From positions 3,784,156-3,848,155 of the forward strand of contig CM082588.2 of NCBI GenBank assembly GCA_040954595.2: a stretch of 64,000 nt of DNA, written 5' to 3'. Made by a program: the position numbers and the translations under genes. Of the stretch, positions 16,459 to 30,700 are shown piece after piece. How positions within the stretch are numbered: the stretch's first letter is position 1; every line of letters begins with the position of its first letter. A model generated the notes under the pieces. That model had not been told where the DNA came from. It did no database searches and saw nothing but the letters and a program-made list of their open reading frames with translations. This DNA comes from Balanoglossus misakiensis. Lineage: Eukaryota > Animalia > Hemichordata.

Positions 16459-19017
16459 GCAGTGTTGGTAGTCGAACCTGATTCTATGTGTGTGTCAACG
16501 TACGCTGCAAGGCCAAGTGCAAGTAGATCTGCACAGCAAATTGCGCGTGATCAAATGTGACTATTTCGTCACTTCCTGTTTTTTGTCGCCCGGACAAAAA
16601 TGTTTCCTTGTGTGCGTTTCCGTTTGAAATAGTGGAAAAGCCAGTTTTCAAGGTTTTTAAGGCTCATGGTGGAGATTTTTGCAGATTGACGTTTTAATAG
16701 GAACTTAAAAAGCGTCCAGAAAAATAAACACGTCGAAACAACAATGGCGCAGACGATAGAGCGTAGCATTAGTCTTTTGCGGGGAAAATTCATTAAGTAC
16801 CAATTCCATAAGCCGCATTTTAATAAAAGACGCACAGTTTGCATGCAGGACATACGGGGTGCACAGTGACGTGACGTCGGACTGAACCGTGCAAATGGAA
16901 CAAAGATTGCTTTCAGATGGTGCAGCGGGTTGCCACCGCCATGTTAGACACGAGTAAGCGTATCATTAAATGCCGAATTGAGTGAGTCTTTTGTATGGCA
17001 GAAATCACCGGGTAAGACAAAAGCGGACCGGCCGCGAATGACGTCACTACTCTTGTGGGAGTCGCTTGATATCGGTGATTGAATCAGATCGAATCGTGTC
17101 ATACAGTTGTGACCCAGGTAATATTTTTCTCTCGAAAGAAGGAGATAATTTTGTTCAAGTTAATATCCAAGTTTTTACCTCAAAGATTTCATGCGTGGTC
17201 CATTACAATGGAAAGGTGAGATCTGGCCAACCACGGCTTTTGACTGGATAGTCACGAGAAAGGGGCGCCACCACATGGTCATGAGAAAACCGTGATAAGC
17301 CCTTTTGAGCATCTTTATGCATACGTACTCAATAAATTTCATGCAAGTAGGCCTACCCCTAGATTTACACAAACGAAAAAAACACGCACCATCGATTTTC
17401 GCGACTGGAACACGCATTACGCAGTTGTTTTCCCCTCAAATTAGTATGAAATAAGGCTTCGCCGATTTAATTAGAAATTGCGCGTCACTGATTAAATTTT
17501 CTTTCACAATTGAATTTAGGCGACATTTACTTCATGTTGACATAGGACGACATTCGTCACAGATAATAAAACAATCGACTGTATAAATATACATGTATAT
17601 ATATATATCTTAAAATCTTAAAGACAAGATTAAGATTTGATGAATCATTCTCTTGACGATTGTTACAGAAATGTAGCGTGAAACTCCGCGTAGCGGCCAA
17701 ATCTCGGTCCTACCTGCTTATTCACATTATATATTCTGGTAATTTACTGGCGGTTATCAGCAGCTTTCATATTCTGCCAAAGTGTCTCGCCACTTACCGC
17801 AAAATGTGGACCTGATTTCTCCCGAGCGCGCACACACCTCTGCAAGCTGCCGGTTAGAGACGACACTTTCGTGTAGAGCCCGAACACATCCGAGGTAAGT
17901 AGCTGCGACCGAGTAGGAAGTGTTGCGGTGTCAAACGATGAGCGATATCAAATGCAGACAACGAACGAGCGTTGACATTTCTGAGTGGAGGTGTTTCTTC
18001 GTGCCGTAACAGTCACGCGAGACAACCAGGCGCCTGACGAGCTTCGGAAATGTTAGAATGTGAATCTGAAATGGCTGTTGTCAGGAACTGCATCTGACGG
18101 CGATTCTCGCTGTTTCATTCGGCAAACATAATACCCACCCACCTGGAAGGGAATACTACAAAGAAGTGATTATACCCCGAGTTGGAGTATAAATCGCTTG
18201 ATTTCCCGGGGGTACTACTCCTAGCCGACTGTTGTTAGATACGTATGGGCCCCATATTTTTTAACCAAAAGTTCAAATTTAGAAACGATTGCTCAAGGAA
18301 ATTATCAAAATACTTTATACCATTGAGTGACTTATCTATTGCTAATCCCGCGCAATTGAATAAGTGCGCATGAGTTTGAGATTTATAATTTGACTCAAGG
18401 GGAATTCTTCTTACTTTAAAGTAAGTCGATTGCTTTATATCTGTGTCGCTGATTAAGTTATGACCAGCCAAGAACTTGAATAAGATTGAATAAAAAAATA
18501 CGATAAAACCCAGTCGCCTTGGGGTTAGCCTATTTCTACCATCGTTGGCATGGTAACAATTCTACAAAAAATCATTTTGTGCTGGCGATGACCGTGGGGA
18601 AAAGGGCAACGGCCGCGTCGCTATCCCGTTTTGGAAAACAGCTACCAAACCAGACTTTTATTTTATTTTTTGGGAGGGGGGGGGGGCACAGACACTGGCA
18701 GATTTGGTAAGGCAATGTGTTTTTATCGCACCCAGAATTGGTTTCATTCGCAGAGAGTACTATAGTTTCATTTACAAAGTCGAGCGCTCGAAATGCGGTA
18801 ACTGGATCTAAGTCAATGACACCTGTGCAGTGAGTCGCGGTAGTTTGAAAATCAAAGGATCGTGGCTTCAGGCGCTAGCGTGGCCGTGGTGGTGTTTCCT
18901 TGAGTAAGACACTTTACTTCTCATACTCCCTCCCACAGGAGAAATAGGTTATAGGGTCATGGCTTTCGCTATGTGGAGGTGATTTCTATCGGCGGCCACC
19001 ATATCCTCTGTTGAGGA

Positions 19018-19054
19018 TGAGTGAGTGAGTGAATGAATGAATGAATGAATGAAT
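19018..19054. repeat. (GAGT)n/(GAAT)n microsatellite
   Basis: Directly visible. Confidence 0.8.
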
Positions 19055-22000
19055 ATCGCACGACAGAAAGTGGGTGCGGATGCTTGGTGTGCCACGTGAC
19101 GTTAGCCCTAATGTCATACACAACTGGCGTACACGTTGACATCTTTTAATCTCGATAATGGTCTTATATCTTGCTAACAGTGCACAGAGTACCAGGAATC
19201 TAATTTGTAGGTTGGATGATAGGTCAAAATCGCGAAATTTTTACAAGCTTTCGCCATTTCATTTTCCCTCCAGATATATACGTGAATGCCGGAGCAAATC
19301 GAACCCTGGATTCAATTATGGATCGACATGAGAACAGAATTACGAGTCGAAAATTAAATAAATCGACCGTGAACGAAAAAAGGCATTCTGGGATGTGGCA
19401 TGAAGGCATCAATATCGATCTAGGGCAAACGAGATCAAATCAGCAAAAACAGATTGGAATTTAGGGGACGAGTATATTGTTGGTATGATTGGGAAACGAT
19501 ACGCGGTAATGCACGATATCAAGACTGACGGTACATACGTGACGGACGAACTCACGAGAAAAGCCACATCTCACGAAATCAGACAGTACTTACGGAAAGC
19601 AGGGATGGCGTATGTTGCGCGCATGCGCCCCGTCGCATCGTATACGTTACACCTGGGTCTGGCCTATAACTCAAACGTAATTGGCAACTAATTGCCCCTT
19701 GATCTGATATCAGACCGCCTGCATATACATTCCTATATTAACTACAACAAATATATCATATGGACGCACGCCCAACAATGTATCCATAACGGTGTACATG
19801 TATAGACATTGCACCACGCACCTAGTTAACCGTTAATCACACCTACCGAAAAAAGCAATATGGTTCCTACCGTGAGTGAGTATTACACCAGCAATTGAAT
19901 AAACCCTTGGGACTTTCACAGATACATCTGCCGTTTGCCGTCTGGTGGTTGATTTGAGTTTAACCGGCCGCAAGCAGCACACGTGCGTATAAGCCGCCCC
20001 CGGGAATCAGGGTAGCTCGCACCCGGAGAGTTGGTAGGGACTCGCGGTGTTCCAATCTGTCGGTCTACCACTTTGATGTTCTGCAAGATTATCAGAGGAC
20101 AAACATTTGGTGACGATAGACATAAGGGCATACAGGGGACACTGAAGATAATTCGCTCGTACAAAATGTATGTGGTGGAGAACGAAAATTCGCTTGTATG
20201 AAGGGCATATCCAAGCAAAATCTGCAGGACAGGTTTTTTCTTCAGTCATGTTTGAACAAACATATGTCATGCAGGATTCCCACTTTTGAAAAAGTAACGA
20301 ATTAATTTCTGAACGTCCAATGTTCTATGGATTGAGTATGATGTGAAAATTGTTGCTATTTTCTGACCCTTCTTGAAAACTAAGAAACGAAGCCGCCACG
20401 GGCAAGCGGCGATTGGTTCAAAGAGAGGTCAAAAAGTCAAGAACAACTATAGTCTCATTCCGTTAACAGGTAGAGGAACTACCCAGAGGTGGTGTGTGGT
20501 TATCACATGACATTCCTAACGTGTTCAAGAAAATACAACAGAACTAGACAGGTGGCATTGAACAGACCGCATGCGCAAACTGTAAAGTCAACTCTCATAT
20601 TGAATTGTTTGTCTTCGTAACAAGGGAAGACATCTGTTGGAGCGTGGATACCATTATGTGTTTCAGAAACATCCATCCATCTCCTACTTTATTCAATAAG
20701 TGTAACATAAGCCTATCGATCTAATCTATTATTTCGAGGAAAAGCCATTCGACGATGCGTTTTCCATGAATGCTTAGGCGCGTTCTATTTTTTTTTTTTT
20801 TTGTGGGGCAGGTTCCGCTTACTAACCTCTCTTCTCGGGGTTTGACCCGAGGTCCATATATTCTTTCTTCCACGGTTTTGACTTTGTTTATGCTTTGTTG
20901 GTTTTTGTGCTGTGCTGTGATGTGCCGCAGATTTGTGTTTGTCCTAAATCCTAATGGCTACGTATAAATGTAAGATTTGACCTACGATTGCAATGATTGT
21001 ATCTCTCATCTTAGTCCAAGACAGCGCAGACACGTGACATTTTCCCGTAACTATATCAACGTGACTTAGACCTAAGCACATCACTGACATTTTTCATTCA
21101 GATATATCATAAATTTTTAAATTGTTTTGACTTTTGTGTCGTTTATTTATTCATAGCCAACTCGAGTGTTGACGTCTTCCATGCGCTTGTTCCGATGATC
21201 AGCGCATGTCTGTTTACAGACCTTGTCGCTGTGACAACTCGAGTGTTTTTGTGTTATTTAGTTTATGGGCCGGATCCATTTACGGATATGAACTTATTGA
21301 ATCTCATGTTGTGCTGTCTATTAAAGAAAAACAGTTGAGAAAGGCAACGGAAGATGGAAAAATCTGAAACGGGCTAATTTGTGCATTCATCCGCTGAACG
21401 ATTACTGGCGTAAACGAGGCTGATTTCAGATTGCTTGCTGGATAATCAGATAGCTTGGAGGACAGCTGTCAACGTTTATGGTCGAACGAATGACCGACCA
21501 ATTGAGCAAACGATTCAACGAATTATCGAAACATCGAAAACATAACACCATAACATAACATCATTCACGAAGCTGGAAAATCACCGGTCTGGCCGGCCAA
21601 CTCTTCTGAGATAAGTGCAAGTACTATGTCTCAATATTACATTTTCACGTCAACCAGACACTTTCCCGTGAATAGTTTGTTGGTTGGAATCTTTCCTCAA
21701 GTTAGTTTCCTCTTCAAACTTTCCAGCAACTTGAGCAAAGCTGCGCACTACAGATTTCGCAGTGTTTATCCATTCGACAGCACCTATATATGTATAAAGG
21801 ACGAGGGGGTGACCGGGCATTGTAACTCGGGCGATTAGCAAAATATCTTCCGATGCGCGTGGCTTGAATCGGAGCAGGGTATTGCAACGGAAATGCGTTC
21901 TGCCTCATTTGCCAGCACGGTGTCTTTGATAGGGAACTCGCAGGCATTAGGTACCTCGAACACCTGCACGCTATAATGACGCGCTGACGCGGCAGCTTTC

Positions 22001-22135
22001 AAGTTTCAGGCACTAGTAACGTTCGGTTGGTTCTATCAAGGACCATGACCAAATTAAGGGGATGACGGTTGGGCAGGAAGAAAGATGCTAATCGGCAACC
22101 GTGCGACAAATACGCTTGTAACATGATATGCGGAC

Positions 22136-22139
<4 letters not shown>

Positions 22140-22181
<42 letters not shown>
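22140..22181. repeat. (GA)n microsatellite
   Basis: Directly visible. Confidence 0.9.
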
Positions 22182-22187
<6 letters not shown>

Positions 22188-25100
22188 GGGCGGGGTACCT
22201 GCTGTTAGATTAGCATAATCAGCGAAACAGGGAAAAGGACAAGCGAACTGATTTGTGTGCATTTGCTTCGTCGTGTTTCCAACAGCATGTATTGGGCAGA
22301 AACGATTTCATGTTCATTCGACTGATCGCCTCGTCTCAGATTCTATTGTTAGTAATCCTCACCCTCGTCCAATTTTGTTAAGATAGATGGCAGTAGGATA
22401 AACGACGCCATTAACGAAACCAAGGAAGGTTGACAATACTAGAGTCTAGTTCCAAAAGCCAGTATTGATTACCCTAGCTATAAAATAATCACAAACTTGG
22501 GACATTTCATCGTTTCTGTGGTTAGCTTCCTGGTAAATTTGAAGAGAATAACCGCACTAAGTAAATTTTAAAGACGTCGCGGGCATACTAGATATCCACC
22601 TGAATAAAAATTTTCATTTTTTTAAATTATATTTATAAATTGTTAAAAATATCGATTTTAACGTTAAAGGGCTGATGGCTGTATGTCTGGCATTAAGTCT
22701 ACTCTGCGCTCTTGTTGATTTGATTAATTGGGATTCAATTGTTTAGTGGAGCGGATAATTAAAATGACATGCATCATGTGCCTTTGCAAGCAATTAATTA
22801 AAGGTAAATAAAACTTTACTAAGATTACAGGGAAAACTTCGTCGAACGAAGTAAGAGGAGGAATAAGACACATTGCCTGTAGGCACTGGTTTATGCAATG
22901 ATCTCGTCTGCAGACTGTAATTTGCTGGAGGTGAATTAGGTGCAGGGATCGGTTGATCCATAAAGAACTGCAATTCGAACGATTGCCACAGACGGCATGG
23001 GGTTAAATAGATAGACGAAGAGGAGAAGGAGCAATTCGAACAAAGTAAAACCATCCTCACGACAAACCATTTTCCCAACCCATGTAATCTTGTTCTGTTT
23101 CCGCGCTAATAGAAAAGGGGGACGGACACAAGCTTATTTTTGAAGGAGCAAGAGAAGAAAAGATGATCTGACGTTTATGTTTCAAATCCCTTAGCGATAA
23201 AATTGAAAGTCTGTTTAGTCAGATGATTTTTCTTTTCCCGTCGATTTTATGACTGCTGTAATGACAATTAGACTACTCGCAGCTGGCGCCGTTGAGTTCA
23301 ACAAAATGCAAATATAGAACTTCAAAGATGAAATAAAAAAGAATAGAGAGCCTCGTGACTTTCCGATTCTAAGGTCCAATTTTGATTAAGTATGGTTGAC
23401 GACTTTAAGACATTATCATTACATTGAAATCACGGCACCGTCTTACAACAGCAATGGGCACATTAAATCATACAATACGGGCAGACAGTCAAACAGGCGC
23501 CGGTGACGCTGCCGTCCCCTGCCCCCGGGGCGCAGAGCGTTTTCGAAAGAGTAATATAGAATTGAGTATCCTTACCGCAACGGATGCAATAGATGATTTC
23601 TTTTTGCTCATAGCGAGATTTTTAAATTACCGTAGCAACGGGTTGCTAGCCAAGTAATACAAGTCGTATCTTAAAGTTTTAGATTGTACAGGATTGACGA
23701 TCAGGAGAAAGCAACAACACAACCGCCGACGTTATAGTAATGCTACGTTCGGAGTCAAAGCAAATTGAACTAAGCGCAGAGAGACAGAGAGGTAGTGTCA
23801 CAAGCACTAGCAATCAGATGGTATCGAAGATTGGCCGAGACTAGACATCATCACAATTACTCGACTCGCGTCTAGCAAACTTCATCTTGCCAAAATCCTT
23901 TTATGTTCTCCTTATCCACAGCCGCGATGTCACGAACGTTTGAGATTATGACTTTCTTATATACATAACAAACCCCGTGTCTAAAGGTCGACTCCGCCCA
24001 ACGAAAACCGACCGATTACAGACTTATTTATTGCCAAATCACGACCAGCGCGTCGATCATATCACCCAGCTTGCCGGCGAGGAAGGGAGACGCAATGCCT
24101 TCTTGAGAAATTGGGTGTTCACGACCCAAGACAAATTCTAGACGCTTGACATTTCCTAAGCCCTACATCCAATCGACATTTGCACAAAAAGCACACTTGC
24201 CAGTGCACGACGAGATGTGCCATCGAGAATCAATCACACACCAACCTTGGCTCGAAATACCCGGCGGCGGGAGAAGGAGAGAGAGAGAGAGAGAGAGAAA
24301 ACAAAACCTGCGCAGTTTCTTTGCTCTCTCACGTTTCTGCAGCACGCAGCACCCATGAACTCCATTAGCACAAAACATGGTGACGTGAATCACAACGCCA
24401 TCGGGCAACAGAGAGAAATAAAGCAGCACAAACTCTTGCGGCTATAGAAAGAGAGAGAGGTCATCATTTCCGAATGAACTAGAGAGAGACGGCGGTGTAT
24501 TCTATTTGTACTGTAGGCCTCGTGCCTATATCTAGTTCTGCGCAATGCTGGCTGCTTTTTACCTTGCCTGATTAATTCTCCGCTGCAGCCATGTCGTCCC
24601 CGTGGACAGCTACATACATCTGCACCGAAGCAAAATTACTCCAAGTGTTCTTGCAAAGTGCCGTATCTATGAACTATTGCATGCATGATGACTTTTTCGC
24701 TAACGGGGGGCACATTCTATGTTTTTCACCATCCGGCCGACTTTTTTAAAGTCAGAGGTGAATCACAGAAGTCAGACCGCCGTGGGGCGCTTGTCTATAC
24801 GCATTTTGATGGCAACATTTTCTTACTAAACTAATAGAACTTCCTTGATTTATGTAAATTGGCTATCAACGAAGACGATTTTTTGGTCATAGTAAGATCT
24901 TCTTGCAAAGTGCCGTATCAATGAAGTTTTATATGCATGACTTCATCACCAACGGAGCCATGACGGTTCTTGAACAAAAAAGTTTGCGATTTTTCATATA
25001 TTCTCTGCATGTTTTTGTATATTCTTCGCGCGCATGCATTTCCATCGGCCAGACGGTGCCACCGTCTTCATATGACATTCAAAATCGCCGTCTGTCGCAT

Positions 25101-27724
25101 AGCCGACATCTTTCCGTGGGCTGTTTACTGTGGGAAATTGCGCCCGGTATATGCGGCTCGCCATGTTGACGTCGTTTCGTCAATGTGGCGGACATTTTCT
25201 TTGTATCATGTTTGCAAAAAGACAGGAACTTCGCGCCCAGCCAGACATCTAACACCTTTCTATATGCCCAAAAGTCGTCTGGGACTCCTAGTCGTCACTA
25301 TCTCGAGGTTCTAAATTGAAGAGCGGGCGTAAGTACACGAACCGATACAGTCTGAGTATCGCAACCGCAAGATAAAATTTCTAGTTGTTAACTCTTCTCG
25401 TGATTAACCAGGTTGGGTTTCGTAGGCACACATACAACATACTTCGTCGTGTTTGTTTGCGTGTTTGCTGAATGTTTACTCTTAAGGGTCTCGTTACCTG
25501 CAAGCTGTTGGAATATTTACTTGATCGGTTGACCTTAGCGTCATTACGGAAACGCTGGGTCTTGCAAATAATGATTCAATATTTATTTTATCATCCCTTG
25601 TCATTTGTAGATTTAATTCTGTCCACACAGATGAAAACACTACAAAACAACTGTGGCGACACCTGGATGGCCGGTGAGGGTTTTCCCCACGTGAAAAGAC
25701 GTTAACGACAACACCCCGGAAACGTTCTTTCGTTGCCACGAGTAAATCACGTGGGCGGGAGCACATGCTGTACATGATAACGAGTCAGGAATGAATAATT
25801 GAAGTGGTGATTTTCCCCCAAGGCGGGTAACAACTAAACGGAATCGAAGAGAACGAAAATAGTATCACAAATTTCACTGTTCCATGAATTATTAAACCAG
25901 CACTTCTTCGTAATTTACACGAGTCTCGGATGTTTAAGTGTATTACTTTTTATTGTATAAACAAACTTGATGTCACTCAGCAGAATATTCTCCATTGCAA
26001 ATTTAAAGGTAAATCAGGTCTGCTAACGCATGTAAAATCCGGGATGTATTCAATTTGATAAAAAGGAATTTATTTCACTTTAATTTTATACGGTGCATTC
26101 GCTAGATGGCGTTCGCTGATGCTTGTTAATAAATATTGATGGAGTGTCGAAATGGACTAATGAGCTCTTGTGAGCAATTTTCTTCGACGAGAATTTTTTT
26201 CGCTCAACCAGTAACGTTCATCTCGCGGTCCCTGTAGGACGAGTACGTCTCGTTTTCCGTTTTGATATGCGGCAAGTGGCCAGGTGATAGCTATATTTTA
26301 ATCACGTCACAACATACTCGTTGTCCACAGCTTTGAAAATTTGCAAGCGCCGACACGAGCTGACACGCTGATGTGCAAAAACGTTTTCGAATTAAGCCTA
26401 TATTTGTCTTCTTGTATGGACGTATGTAAATTGGAGGTGACCGTATACCTTTAAGATAATTCGGGAACTCTGTCAGCAATGAATTCCACAATAACACAGT
26501 TGAAGGCTAAGCCGTTCGGGGGACAGAAATCAAAGAATACCAGAAAGATGGTTTGAGGTCGGCGTGTTCAAAGTGCACAGCCGCCTGTCCTTGTGTGACG
26601 TCACAATGCTCACCATGACCGATGCACACCCGCGGAGCGTTTCCGCGTTTGTTTCACGCACCGAGAAAGAGTCCCGAAAACACTGCGTGTCGAGAAGTTG
26701 AATCACGCACAGACCTTTTGAATCGACGCACAGTTAAGTTTCTATGTGTGGTATGTCACGTACAAGGCATTTCACTTCGCTTCGGGAATAACAACGTCGG
26801 CTTACATCTCTGTGACGTTATAAAAGCAGTCGCCCTGACCTATATAGATCCAATGCTTGTTGTTTTATCACAAAAAAGATACATATCTGCTGTGCAAGGC
26901 CTTGTCAGTATTTTAGTGTGCTTACTACTCTGACAGCCTCTATCATCTGATCAACCGTTTAGAGACGCTGGCGAGGTCTCAAAAAGAGAAATATGGCCTA
27001 TATGGACGATTTTTAAACCGGGTATAGTAGGATCTCTCCTCGAAAGCGCATGCAAGAGGATTTTCCCCGTGGATTACAGCAGTCGATCGCAACAAGAGGA
27101 CTCTTCAGTCCCACATATCAAACACTAGGCGAGTCACGCGCCTACAACTACTGCTGTCCCAAAACAACGGAAGAAAACGAAGAATCTCTAGCTCCAACAA
27201 GGTGTCCATTCCCCAAAAGGGGATAGAACTTCCTCGGAGCCTGGCCAAGACACGACAACCATTCGCATAAGACAAGAACGGAATCTGTGACAAAGTGAAT
27301 AAGAAGATCAAGACAGATTACCATGTATCATCCATAATTCAACCCCTAAGTGCTTTCACAAAACATGCGAAGGCGCATTTCATTTTCTGTGGACTGTTTC
27401 AGCCATCCGTACGTATACCGAAAGCCAGAATTAAGGTCTTACATCCGCGCAGCAGCCAGGCGATCGATCAATGTCTATTAATCGACTGGCCATATTCCCA
27501 AAATAGACAAATAAAAGGCAAAAATAGATTGAAGTGGGTACTTTTCACCTTAAGACTAATCCTGCTTTCTGCTCCCAAAATCGAATAATCTATACCGTTA
27601 ACGAACCAATTACTGCGCTTTCGTGGATATATCTTTTCCATGTACCGACATGGAGACATAGTGTAACATGATAAGTGTGGATGGTATCATAGTTAAACAT
27701 CTTTGCAGGTTATTACATCAACTA

Positions 27725-27753
27725 CTAAAACCATAGACTGTCTATGCTAAAAC
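27725..27753. mobile_element. Possible DNA-transposon footprint: 15-bp palindrome between 7-bp direct repeats
   Basis: CTAAAAC-CATAGAC-T-GTCTATG-CTAAAAC. Confidence 0.45.
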
Positions 27754-30700
27754 TATACAACTTGACAAATGCAAGACAGCCTCCCAGACTTCCTTAGAGG
27801 GCGTTGTTCATTTATCTTCATACAATGCAACTAAGCACTAAGCATTCTTCACACAATGAGCTGGATTAGTAATCAGACAAGTTATTTGAACATCGTTCAG
27901 TCAAACCACCAATGACTGTTCATGTAAGATACAAATGTACATAAACAGGTTCGTTCAACGTAACATTTTACCCTTCTTGTGCGTCATTATGTCGTCATAA
28001 GTGATATTGAATGAGCGCCATTGTGATGCGCTATTGCCATGGAAACGTCGCCACGAGTTTCATGTCTACAGACTGAGCAGTCTTTTTTATATTGACTTCT
28101 CCATAATATCTGACTTTTTGTTTAAAAAACAAGTAATGCAAAAAAGGAAATATACCATAATTTCTCAAGAAATGCCAACGTTGAAACGGTCACTGCAGAG
28201 GATGAAATGATCGATGCGTGATACATCTTGATCCAATACTTCAATTATATACAAATTTAGTGTTTATGTGTCGAGACAGAAGTGTATGAAAAATGTATTT
28301 CTCGCATTCTGATAGCTCACGACGGAAATGGATAACTCAATACCTTGTTAGAATCCCTCGACAGCCAGTACATCGTTCATCGTTATTTACGACCAGTCGT
28401 TGACAGGAACCCGGGTTTATATTGCCGTTGCCGAGATTAAATGCGCGGACACGGAGTACGCGGAAATTGAATTTGGGATCGGAAGAGTCGGTGGTAATTG
28501 TTTGTTGCGCCAATTCATTCAAGATGATTGAATTTTGATTTGCTTCAACCAGAAAGTCGTGAGCGTAAATGATGTGTTCTCCGTGCCGATGGGTAGACAG
28601 AAAAAGAGTGCAATGTTACGTTTTTACATGCAGGAAGTTACGTTCTCACTGTGTGATTTAAATATTTGGTTATAGTTAAAAATGTTTACGCATCTAAGTA
28701 CTTTAGAATGATTTTAGAGCTTAAGGTGTAGAGCTGTAAGCATACATCTGGAGATGTATAACGACGCGAATAATTCACGAAGAAAAAAAAAACTATTTCA
28801 GGCGGTGATAGCTGTATCGAAAAAAGGTGTTGGAAAATTACCCCCACGTGGCTCTTCAAAGAAGCCGTGTCTTTCTAATCACAACTCTGCAGAGACAGTC
28901 CCGCGACGTCGTTATGCCTACAGAATGTACGAAAGTACAATGCTTATTTTGATTACCCAATAACGCCGTTAACAGAGCGTAAATCTGCGCGCGGAGGAGT
29001 CCTGCCCAGCTCGTCAGATGGTGAAAGAGTGTTTACACTCATTTTCTAGCTGTGTAAGCTTCCACTGCGTGAGTGATTATGGACGAGCTGTTGATAGTGC
29101 TCTGCACGCAATTGAATCCCCGCCCACGTATAACAATCATTCTGGAGTGTTGGGCGTAAAATTTTACGTTAGTGTGTACAATAAATCAACCATTAGGAGG
29201 GCAGCTGCTAACGCTCTGTAATAGACCAACAGGGTCAGATAAAAGTTGACCACCACGCGTACCCATGAGTGTACGTTGTAATCTCGCGCAAGGATAGACT
29301 AACAGAATCCAAGACCATCGTGAAAGGTACACTGGTACGAATGTTATTATCGTATGTATACCGTTATCGGATACTTCATACACTTCAGAGTTGCTCAGTG
29401 TCGGTTTACATGGTGGACCGATAAAATCAGAGATACAAGTATCATCCTAATGATACACTCACGCAGATGATGGTGAAATGCCGGCGGCGCTGATCATCCG
29501 ACGAGCCGGATAATCCCTTGTACATCATTAAAAACGGCTTCGGGAATTTTTTTTGCGAGAGGGTAAAACCAATCAGATTAAAGTTTTTTTCAGTATAACT
29601 GTTAATGTACACGGTATGGTATAGATGTAATGACGTGTGTACAGGGAATAAGAACTGAAGCATTCTTGTGCAGATTGACCGAATCGTACACAATATGTCG
29701 CGATATCATCTGCTTACACATGTAATAATATATGCGTTTTACAATGGCGCATTTCAATATTGAATGATTATGATTCCACTGAGAGGCAGTTATCGTTTTC
29801 ACTTCGCATTCAAGCGATTCAGTATAATGCATGATTCGGACGAATTTGCTAAATGAAAGTAATCAATATGATTTGGAAATGTATGCTGTTGATAACCGTG
29901 CAAGCTTGATTTACTAGAGGAGCGTTATAAAAATTCAAGAATTGTATTACATGTCTTCCTTATGGCAATGTTTCCTTTTTTCTATTGATTTAACAAAATC
30001 AATCTTCACCATCTTCAAACTTTTAAATTGTTTTCGCGGGTTTACATTAAAGCTAAACTAAAGTAATGGGTCTACATTAAATATCAAAGTTGACTGGGTA
30101 GCTGACTGGTTATTTTCTGAAGAAGGTGTTTTTTCTACTTTTTTCCTGCATCTGGTAATATGTTTCCCCGAATGATAATGTTCATTGTTGGCCCTGGTTT
30201 GATTTTACAATAACATACTCCGCAATATTTTTGTGCGACGGAAATTCCTGGAAATTTATTGTAATGGCACAATTATTGTATTCGCGTGTTGTTATCTACA
30301 TATCCATATTCGACTCTCCGCGTGTGCACAGTGGATTATTGATAATTCTGGTGGCATTTCAAGCAGGGCTGCGCCACTTTTGAAATGAACAGTGGAGTGA
30401 CTGTAGGTGTAAATAGGCTGTGTGTTCGACAAAAAACCGATATCAGAGAAAGGGTGACCTTTTAGAAGAATTGAGAAATTGCAGCTTGGATCACACCGCA
30501 CAGTTTCTGAATGTCTGCAACATAAACGCGGTTTGAACACGCACAGGCGTCGTAGTTATGGGTTCTGCGCACATTGAGCGCTTGTGGCAAGGAAAACAAG
30601 GAGGCTCCCGGGTAAAATTATCAAGATTCTTGTTATTTTGGTACGTGGCTTTATTATTACGAGATCCATAGTGATAAAGCTGTATAGCTCAAACTCGGCT

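Noticed and set aside
9299-16560. ORFs with repetitive peptides (FIHS, ER/LS, STVQY, poly-V/M)
   Set aside because: Translations of microsatellites.
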